The notes beneath the pieces were generated by a model. That model did not search any database. It worked only from the letters and a program-made list of their open reading frames with translations, and was not told where the DNA came from. A DNA stretch of 64,000 bases. Source: Octopus vulgaris (lineage: Eukaryota). The stretch is from assembly GCA_951406725.2 (NCBI GenBank), contig OX597826.1, positions 3,038,001-3,102,000 on the forward strand, read 5' to 3'. A program made the position numbers and the translations under genes. Position 1 is the stretch's first letter. Every line of letters begins with the position of its first letter. Shown in pieces: positions 54,316 through 64,000 of the stretch.

Positions 54316-55892
54316 TAATAAAAAGAATAATGCAACCGATTATAATTCCCATTTTACCCACTGGATCGATACAAATGAAGTAAGAATCAATAATTAGGAT
54401 TAATTATATCAAGTAAAACTCCGGTCAAAATTTGTTGTCCGTTCTCAATGTTACACATAGTTCTTAATAGGAAGAGGACTATAGCACATATTCTACAATT
54501 CATCTCATAATAATTAATGCGTTGATATACGATATATTCTTAATTTATTCGAAACAACCAATATTTATGCAAGATTCATTAGAAGAGTATTAAACTAAAG
54601 CTCTCACTAATTTGAAAAATATCAAAGAATCTGCAGCAGGTCGACATTTAATGATCCAAATATTCTCAAGTGCACTAGAAACACATCTTGAGAACTGGAA
54701 CTGATGCTCTTGAGACTGTCTTAGAAATGTCTCAGAATGCCTTTAAAACAAAGTACACCTTACTCCACACAGATTGGCATGTGCATTCATATGCAAGCAT
54801 TTATGAATATAAATATATAAAAGGAAACAAACACTTTCATACGTCTCAAATAACCATTTAGCAACTACTTCAAAATGTATGTCCTTTTCAAATACGTACA
54901 CACATTCAAAAGCACACACACACATATCTGTATGTATTCTTAGATTTATATATATATATGCATATACCTAATTACACCCTCCTCTGCTTATTTGTGAGTG
55001 TATTTGTATATATGTATGTTGTTATGCAGATACGAAGGTAGACATCTACGTATACATGAGCCTAAACTATGCTAGCAAACATTCATATAAGTATATATAT
55101 TTATAGACATATAAATGTTTGCAATGCTGTGTGGGGCTATATGTGGATCTGTTCGCATGTATTTCTGTTTACGTAAATTTGCTTGTGAAATAGAAACATA
55201 GGGAAAGATACAGAGATACTCAATGGAGTTTATTCCAGATCTGTATAGTATAAATTGTTTAAAATCACTTCAAACTCTCAAATTATCGACTGTCTTAGAG
55301 ATAGACTACCCTCCATCATCGCTGGACGTGGGTCCCGGTTTGCATTTTTCTGCTTTCCTTTGTAACTTCCTTCAATGTATTATTATTAGAAATTATTGTT
55401 ACAGGTCTTGTATGTTGAATGAGGAGGGAACAGTTCCGGGAATCGATGTTCTGTGACTAGGAAGAACTATAAGTGCAAATCATAGGGAAGTGTGGTTACA
55501 GATAGAATAACGAGATCGTATCTGACGCGAGCGTCGGAGTGCTCAAGGCCACCCTCCCCATTGGTCAACAACCATTGCATTAGACGTCGAAACGTGAAAG
55601 TGGAGACAGCACGACCTAACTGAATTGACTTCATACCAATTATTTGGGTCGCATTCGAATATAATAAAACATTATGTGCTTAGCTACAGCACCTTTTCAT
55701 AAGTTGAGGCAGTTGTCTATGAGTTTCTCGCTTGAATTGACCTGGCGGTTGGAGTATTGTTTTACTTCTGAATTCGCCGTCAGTTTTTATGATGTAGGTA
55801 TTGTTATACGTGTGAAAAAACACGTGGGAAGCCGACGTTCAATCAATCCTTGTATAAATGTATAACTAAATATAATAAATTGAGAAATACCT

Positions 55893-56124
55893 ATTTCTTT
55901 ACTACCCACAAGGGGCTAAACACAGATGGGACAAAACAAGGGCAGACAAACGGATTAAGTCGATTACATAGACCCCAGTGCGTAACCGGTACTTAATTTA
56001 TCGACCCCGAAAGGATTAAAGGCAAAGTCGACCTCGGCGGAATTTGAACTCAGAACGTAAGGCCGACGAAATACGGCTACGCATTTCGCCCGGCGTGCTA
56101 ACGTTTCTACCAGCTCGCCGCCTT
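55893..56124 (-). mobile_element. SINE family A, full length with 17-bp TSD
   Basis: complete head-to-tail match to the 37668 copy; TSD TAAATTGAGAAATACCT at 55876-92 and 56125-41. Confidence 0.95.
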
Positions 56125-57389
56125 TAAATTGAGAAATACCTTCTTTTCTATTACTCTGTTGGATGGCGTTCGACATTTTTGTCACAGAATCAGAGAAATA
56201 TTGGCGGAAGATGGTTGTATTGAATGAGAATAATATCTGGGTTCAAACATTAATGTAAGGTTGAAATATTGTATAACAAACTTGTGTTGTCTGCAAGTAG
56301 ATAATTATTGTAAAGACGAAGTTACCTAGAAATTATGATCCTCACTATTCCCGAATTTTCTTGGATTCCGCGTTCATCGCAAAAGGCTTGATCTCTTTCT
56401 CAAATCTGATGTGATATGAGTTTTTCACTATCACCCATGAACGTTTCTTTATCCTTGTAATCCGAGGCCTATATCACTGCGATAATGAAGATAATTGCAT
56501 TGGTTTTTGTATTTGCTGATGCGTTCGTAAAGTATTCGCTTGCTCGAGAACTTTGATTCAGAGAACATTTTCCCTTAATCCAGAATTAATTGTTTCGACA
56601 ATATTAAACGACACGATAGAAAGAAGAGCAGAGTCAATACAAACTACTTGTACAGTGGTGAAGATAAGAACGTCATATTTGATCATGCGGACCTCAATAC
56701 ATATTTACTAAACAATAAAGTATAGGTTTGCAGCTGTTGCCTGTTTTATAATAGAAGCAATCCGTCGATGATAAACCAAAATTTAACAACTCCAGTATTG
56801 ATATAACTTCCCCAAAACAAAGAAATGTATTTTAAAATATGGCAAATATAATGGAAAACATTCGTAAGAGAAGCAGCCGAGGGTGCCTTAACTATAATGT
56901 AATGGCTAAAGTTTCGATTATGTCCATATAGTAATGTACCGTTACAAATTATCCTACGCAGTATTTTAAATAATTTCAACTAGGTGTGATTTGCGAAACA
57001 AACATTTCGTTGCTATTATGTTAGAGTGGGATATATCAAAATTTGTCCAAATGCATTTTTTCAATATTTAGTTTTGTTTGCAATAGCCGGTTCTTTTGGT
57101 AAAACTATCATATCTACAGTTGCTTCAGATGCAAAAAAATCAAAAATTCTAAAACTACATTTCGTTTTCTGAAAAAGAAACATTTTGAACTTACGACACT
57201 TTTGCATAATAGCAATGATGTGTAAATTCATTCACATGGAGAAAGGACAATGAAGGAAATCACAATAATATTAATGATATGCATTCACGAAGTTAGCTTA
57301 TGTTTTGTACCTGTCGCACTCCCAGATAACCATTGGTAGGTATTTTTCTTAGAAATAAAGAAGTTCTTTTAAAGCATAAATTTTAATTC

Positions 57390-57730
57390 CACGTTGAGGT
57401 CTGGGGTTCCATCAGGGCTGTCTCTTGGCAAAGAGCCTACTGCATCTAGTCCACACTTGTGTTGGACGGCAGTAAACGGATTTACTAAATTAAATGAAGT
57501 GATTATGGATATCCTTCTTAACTTTCATTCAGCAGATGGCTTAATAGATATGGGTCATCACTTATGAAACTTGATATAAATTTTACGAAAGGATTTAACA
57601 GTATGTGAAAGAAGTTTTCAAGTCAGGGAGTTTCGCAGGTTGGGACTGCCACAATCATTCTTAATTTGAGATCCTTCAGAAATGTTTATGCATATTGAAT
57701 GTGATTCTTTGTAGGCTCCATTAATTGTTT
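57390..57730 (+). pseudogene. Very decayed non-LTR (RTE/L2-like) reverse transcriptase remnant
   Basis: frameshifted SGV.HQGCLLA (GVRQGC motif), then HSADGL at about the YADD position and KDLTV.ERS at the GL.VN.KKT position. Confidence 0.35.
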
Positions 57731-58796
57731 TATTTTTGTGAATTTTGTGTCAAATAATCAATTTCCTTATTATTTATGCGGGTAGACTACATTTGACAAA
57801 CCAAACGCCATTTAAGAATGAGAATATATTTACCCTCAACAAATACAGGGTGCCAAAACAAGACAAATTCCACTTACTGAATATATGGACATATACGTGA
57901 TCATTAAGCCTCCCTAATTTGCTCTCTTCCCAATCTATCAATGTGCAGACCATATTCCAGATCAAACAAGAATTAATAAGAGGAGTTCGTTTCTTAAAGG
58001 ATACAGACCAATGCTGAACTGTCTCTAAAAAGACATGGGTAATTTGCGAATCAACATCCTATATGAAGTAATTATTGTAGAATATCTACATGTGGTCGTT
58101 CTTAGGAAAAACTAGAATTCATGTAGCAGTTATGTAACTTATTTACTTCTCAGTATTTGATTTGCCTCACATTGTGTTAAATAAGAAATGATATGTTCAA
58201 ACATGTTCAATAAGAGGAAAGGATCGCTAAAGCATAACATTATTATTCGACAGAATAATAAACAATAATTATCTATAACACTTTCAGGTAAACAAATATT
58301 GTATTACTTATACATTCACCCGTTTGCAACTGTCATGTGACATATTCAAAGTAGATCAACTCTTATGTGAACTTCTGCAACTAACGCATGAATTTCATAC
58401 ACGAACATTGCGTCATCAACAGATAGTGTTTTGAGCCACATTAGCACTTTGAAAACAAAGTATTCTTATAAGAATAGCCAGGAAAAAAACATGTTTTGCG
58501 AGACAGCTCCATGTACTTTACACTTTTTAAAATCTGATACAAAACTGCTAGAGTGGATTCATATATGTTAAAATATAATCACATTCTGATTAACTCAAAT
58601 ATATTCTCTGTGCATTTTCAACTTAATATCTTATGTATGTATGTATATACAACATATAAACAAGGGCAAAAGAAAAAATGTCTAATGCCAAATATGCCGC
58701 AAATAGACACATTATCCATAACCATATAATTTATCAGAATAAGCACGTTTCTCGAAGAATGACGACAGAAATTTCTAAAAAATTCCTTTATTACCA

Positions 58797-58850
58797 TATC
58801 GGACCCGATTTCAGAGTTAGTTCATAAGAACCTTCCCTTCGTCAGTGATA
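58797..58850 (-). ncRNA. Minimal type-I hammerhead-like motif
   Basis: minus strand tatca-CTGACGA-agggaaggttc ttat gaactaactct-GAAA-tcgg-GTC-cgata; long helix II, vestigial helix III, helix I with a mismatch next to the cut site. Confidence 0.5.
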
Positions 58851-58950
58851 AATGCGGCAAAGAAATAAATGAAATACTTACTTATACCCATGTAAAAAGC
58901 AAACACTAAGTTATGAGCACAACTAAGCACCCCAAATATATCCAAAATAG

Positions 58951-58996
<46 letters not shown>

Positions 58997-59032
58997 AGAT
59001 AAATATACAAACATAAAAATATATTATCTATC

Positions 59033-59075
<43 letters not shown>

Positions 59076-59251
59076 TTGAGCGTATGTAAATGTAAACATG
59101 TATATCTACATACGTACTTTGTATCTAAAGTGACGAATGAAGCATAATTCTTTTTATTAACAGACAATTTTTATTATGATCGATAGTACATTGATAGTTG
59201 AAAGAAGTCTTATATTTCATTTCATCCTGTTTTTTATATTGCAGGAAAACA

Positions 59252-60210
59252 ATGGATTACAAGTCGAAGCATCGTGTCTACATTCAGTTCATGACAATGG
59301 AGGCCCGTAACGACGGCGTGTAGTACATTAGACATCCATAAATAGTTAGAGAGGAGCTGAAGCTTTTTTTTTTACAGAGAAGACATCATTGAAAGGAGTA
59401 ACTGACACGGTGGGAGAGAAAAGTTTCAGGTGAAATTGCAGTGAAGATAAATAACCCGGTGCAAGACTTTCAAATCGGGTTATTGATGCGAATAGCCAAC
59501 GTGTGACGACCCGATTTGGGTGTTCATATGGCTTATAATCTATGATCTTGCTGTACAATAGGACTGTTGGTATAATGCGTCTCGGTGGAAAACTCTGGCT
59601 ATTTGAAATTGTAGTCTTTGTGGATACTGTGGCAGAATTGAAGAACTAAAGTTTAGAAAGATCTTCTGATCTGCTGAAAGCATTTCAAGCAATGAAAACA
59701 TGTTCGTGTCCGAGCTGAAGGCCATGCATTCATCACAGGTAAGCTCAACAGTCAGCTATCGTCACAAAAGTTCGCGGTGTTTTGGGGAATGCCAAGGGCA
59801 CCATTGTCTTCGATTTTTTGTAACATGCAACATATGAGCAAGAAGCGTTACATTGAGATACTCAATAAGCCTTATTAAGAGGTAAAGAAGTCATAAGGAA
59901 GAAGGGAAATGCCAAGGACTTGAAACATTTCGCAAGTGAGTTGGAAATATGAGACACGACATCTACTGACTACGAATTATGCATTCCGTTTAACATACAG
60001 CCCGGATCTTCGCTCTCAATTATAAATTCGGTTCAAGGAAGAACACACACTATTTGGGGACAAGGAATTGATGACACAGGTGGAATGAAAATGCTTAGAA
60101 TGATTGGCACGACAGTCCCAACATGAATCTTTTCATAGTAGATTCGAAAGTTGAGTTCAGTAAGGTATAAAGACGTCATTCGAGTTGGAGTCTATGCCTA
60201 GCACTAAATG
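59252..60210 (+). pseudogene. Highly decayed mariner transposase
   Basis: MDYKSKHRVYIQFMTME (mariner-like N-terminus), gtgtttggggaatgccaagggc..gtcttcgatttt (VFWD.KG...DFL), tacagcccggatctt (YSPDL) in the expected order and span. Confidence 0.45.
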
Positions 60211-61085
60211 TATAGAAGGGGTTACCCTACTGAGACATGAAACTTAAACGTCCTATGACAATTTATAAAAGTCGTGTTCACTGTCTGATTACTTTCGCTT
60301 CATCCCCTCTTTATACGGCTATATAGTGTATAAACGCACATACTTGTATATCCTGTGTTACTACATTATACTCGAGTCTGCAGAAATATAATGGAAACAT
60401 TAGCATAAATGCGTTATTGAAGTTATACTGAAGTATTAATAAAACAAAAATTGTCGGGATATCAGTATTTTATTATATTTCGCTTGGTAAGCAGATTGAT
60501 ACGCAAAACTGCTTGAATACGCAAAAATGCTTCGATGAACATTAACATAAAATTATAAAATTAAATTACGGAAATGAGCTGTTTTTAATGATATAATGGA
60601 TAAAATAATTTGCATTTATATGAAATTTATTACATTTAAAAAAAATTCTTATAGAAAGTGATTAGCGAGGAAGCTGAAATGATAGAGTCTTAAAGTAACA
60701 ATATTTCCAGCTAAAACAAACTTGAAAAGAACTTTTTAAAGCCAGAAATCAAAGCGTTATGAGTAAAATTTATGATCCGGTTTTACACATAATCCTCAGA
60801 ATAGTGCTATACGTTTACACCTTGTTTTACCCCTCATATTACTGGGTCCATATTACTTACCTATATTTCCTGATCTTGCGACTAAGATTTTGGTATCGCA
60901 TTTTGTTTTAAACACTGATATGAATATTTAAATTTGTACTAATTTAAAGAAGGCTCTATAGACTTTGACTGATGTTGTCAAAGGTTATGCGATAATTTGA
61001 CTGTATCTGTTTGACAGATACACACACACACATGCACACAAACACACACGCCCGCCCGCACGTACAGAGATACACACCATCCCTC

Positions 61086-61141
<56 letters not shown>

Positions 61142-61143
<2 letters not shown>

Positions 61144-61326
61144 GCCATGATAGATCGTTAGTGACTAAACCTTTTTTCTATTTTCTATCCCTGTTTATTT
61201 CTATGTTCCTTTCTGTCGAAGAGCGTAGGTCTGAAACGTAAAAGACTTTCTCACTTCCCGAATGTTAAACTAATGCATGTTTGTGGTTTACCCATCTTTG
61301 TCTTTTGTTTTTTTGTAAATTCTCAA
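61142..61326 (+). mobile_element. TA-flanked repeat with degenerate hammerhead-like motif (same family as 1958-2070)
   Basis: tcgaagagcgtaggtctgaaacgtaaaaga; (TA)n on both sides. Confidence 0.65.
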
Positions 61327-61354
61327 TATATATATATATATATATATATACATA

Positions 61355-61566
61355 CAACAACACGACAACACGAACTTTTGTCAGTGAACAGGTCGCGGTC
61401 TCAAAGCGACGAAAATATTTTGACAAATTAAATTTAAATTTTGAAGTGAATCTAACGGTTTTTGTGTGTTTTTAAATGGCTTATAAACACCCTCCACGCT
61501 GCAATTGTTTTCGTTCCAGCACACGATCATAGATCAAGTCACTCGCTATGCAAGTACATCTCCGTA
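61355..61566 (+). mobile_element. TA-flanked repeat with degenerate hammerhead motif at 61377-61427
   Basis: TTTGTCA-gtgaaca-gGTCGC ggtctcaaa GCGAC-GAAA-atattt-TGACAAA. Confidence 0.55.
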
Positions 61567-62104
61567 ATATATATATATATATATATATGTTTACTCCTAT
61601 AATATTCCTCACAAAAATGAGAGACTTAATTGCGGAATACATTGGAAAATAGGCGAAATGATAGAAGGAAAACACAATATACACATTAAAATATTAACAA
61701 GCAACAGCTCAACTTAAACATTAACATTTTATACCAAGTAAGTTAAATAAGCTATAAAGCCTATCTAAAAATGACCACAGTAAAATAGGGTGACGTGCAA
61801 CAACTGACAGTCGTAAGACAATTTAGTGGAAATATAAGCAAATGTTCGACGAACATACGATAAGGAACACATTAGCCCTATTCATACAAGGTTTTAAGAA
61901 TGATTCTGCGAAATCCTAAAAAGTTTAAACTATGTATATAGGAAATTTCATATTCTAATATAGCAGGAAGTAAGCTATATGAGTTATGAAACGTTCCTTA
62001 CATTGAAATATATCGAAACCGTAGTCATGTCATTCATGAAACACGTATATATAAATATTATTTTGTCCGTTATCCTTTATGGGGTTCACTTATTCGAAGC
62101 AAAT

Positions 62105-62260
62105 GGTTTCTTTCAGTTTCCGTCTAACAAATCGCCCTCAATGATTTGGTGTCAACTCGAGTCTATAGAAGAAAAAATCTTGGTCAAGTTGCCGGGCTTT
62201 AGGAGTGAATCTAGAACCATGTAGCTGCGAAGGAAAATTCATACCATACGACCACAGCTG
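62105..62260 (-). mobile_element. SINE family B 5' half, decayed
   Basis: ttctttcagtttccgtctaacaaatc...ctatagaagaa..cttggtcaag..gaaccatgt. Confidence 0.7.
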
Positions 62261-62313
62261 AATGTCACCGACCCACACACACACGTATATAAATATATAC
62301 ATATACATATGTA

Positions 62314-62394
<81 letters not shown>

Positions 62395-62396
<2 letters not shown>

Positions 62397-63175
62397 GGCA
62401 CATTCCGGCTGGACCACATGTCTCTGACCCTCATCTACCGAAACCAGGTCCGGCCGGACTGCTGACACAACGATGATTTCCGGCAATGGCTTGTCCACAA
62501 ACACCTCCCGTTTTCTGTCTTCCGCCTGCCGAGGTTTCTCTCTGTTTGCCCTCACACCTTGCTTCACAAATGCTGTTTTGCGCAAGCTCAGTTCAGGCAC
62601 TTGATCCTCTCTTGCAGCTGAAGCAACAACGTTTAGCACTAAATTATGTCTAAATATATATCATTCAGTCTGGAGTGCCTTGAGGCAAGCTGATAGCATG
62701 TGCTTGAGACTACCATACTACCCATACAAATCGCACTGTCGAGCCTCTTTTGAGATTTGCTGGAGACGGATGCACATAATACGCAGTCTGAATCAGAGCT
62801 TTCAAATACCCAGCAGTCAACTTCCACCGATCAGAGCACTTCCACTCCAGCTTTTCGATATCATCCCAATACCAGCTATTAACGCTGCTGTGCTTGTTAC
62901 ACTGCGTGACCCGGAGGCCACTCATATTCCAGCTACCTTATTTGCTGTCCACGTAGCTTCGGCTGTCTTGTTCACTTCACTCAGATAAGAACTGCTTTCT
63001 CCTAACAAGTCCAACACTAGCCCTGCCGTCTATAATCACCCTACCATCTTCAGCATTCTGGGTCATCTCATCAAGCTGCTGCATCGCCTCAGTGACCGTT
63101 CACATCCTACCAGTGTTCAAATCTGGTGGATTGTCTTGGATCACAGTGTCCTCTGACACAGACAACATCGATTGT
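62395..63175 (-). pseudogene. Hero-like (R2-group) non-LTR retrotransposon fragment: zinc knuckle and REL endonuclease
   Basis: minus strand PPDLNTGRM*, DGRASVGL, WDDIEK, LIQTAYYVHPSPANL, CDLYG*YGSLKHMLSAC (CCHC, second C lost), Y.FRHNLVL, AFVKQG, LPEIIVVSAVRPDLV...E; stops and frameshifts; TA tracts on both sides. Confidence 0.8.
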
Positions 63176-63187
63176 TGATATATATAA

Positions 63188-63247
<60 letters not shown>

Positions 63248-63341
63248 GAATAAGGGTATGAATTTATAATAATAAATTAAAACCAGTGGCCTACCGTATT
63301 AAAGAAATCCGAAGATTAAGATATTTTTACATACTTGTATG

Positions 63342-63408
<67 letters not shown>

Positions 63409-63444
63409 GCGTGTGTGTGTGTGTAGATGTATATATATTCTTTT

Positions 63445-63652
63445 ATTGTTTTATTTTTTAGTTATTTGACTGTGGCAATGCTGCAGCACCCCTTTATGCA
63501 AAGAAATCAAATCCAGGAATTATACTTTGCAAGTCCTGTACTTATTCCATCGGACCCTTTTACTAAACCCGTACGTTATGGGGACGTAAACACACCAAAA
63601 TCGATTGCCGTGTGAATCGTGGGGCGCGGGGACAAACACTCACACAAACATA

Positions 63653-63729
<77 letters not shown>

Positions 63730-63887
63730 AAATAAATGCGATGGCGTCTTCAAGTCTCTGTCTACCAAAACCACTCGACCCAACAACATAGTAGAAGACA
63801 CTTGCTCAAGGTGCTACGCCGTGGGACAGAACCAGGAAGCATGTGGTTGCGTAGCCACCTTCTCACGACGCAACCAATCCTGCGCTT
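63445..63887 (-). mobile_element. SINE family B, near full length, diverged
   Basis: tttgactgtggcaatgctgcagcacc...ggggacgtaaacacacca...tagtagaagacacttgctcaaggtgctacgc..gggacagaacc. Confidence 0.88.
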
Positions 63888-64000
63888 ATACATATGTATG
63901 TATATATATATATATATATATATACCCATGGTAATATGCACAAGTGTATATGTGTACGTGTATACATACGGACATGCATTCATACATATACACATGTGCA

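Noticed and set aside
59221-59325. Splice acceptor ttgcag followed by an ATG as a host exon
   Set aside because: The frame stops after 23 codons and is better explained as the start of a decayed mariner

Overview
AT-rich, microsatellite-saturated eukaryotic non-coding DNA (intron or intergenic). The SINE families and (TA)n/(TG)n/(TAA)n density resemble octopod cephalopod (Octopus) genomes; this is recognition from memory, not a database result. I find no supportable host protein-coding gene: almost all listed ORFs are translations of microsatellites. The window is a mosaic of at least four tRNA-derived SINE families, decayed DNA transposons (Tc1, mariner DD34D, maT DD37D, a hAT MITE, a possible piggyBac and Helitron end), decayed non-LTR retrotransposons (R4/Dong-like pieces stacked in TAA repeats, a Hero-like REL endonuclease region, an RTE-like RT remnant) and several fold-back elements. 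The most striking signal is a set of short elements, often next to TA tracts, carrying minimal type-I hammerhead ribozyme motifs of the Penelope-like kind. The best are two ~200-bp elements (24727-24930, 27381-27582) built as 132-bp palindromes that encode a hammerhead on each strand. Their arm-symmetric differences fall at positions the ribozyme tolerates (core N7 and loop II). Coordinates of decayed elements are approximate.
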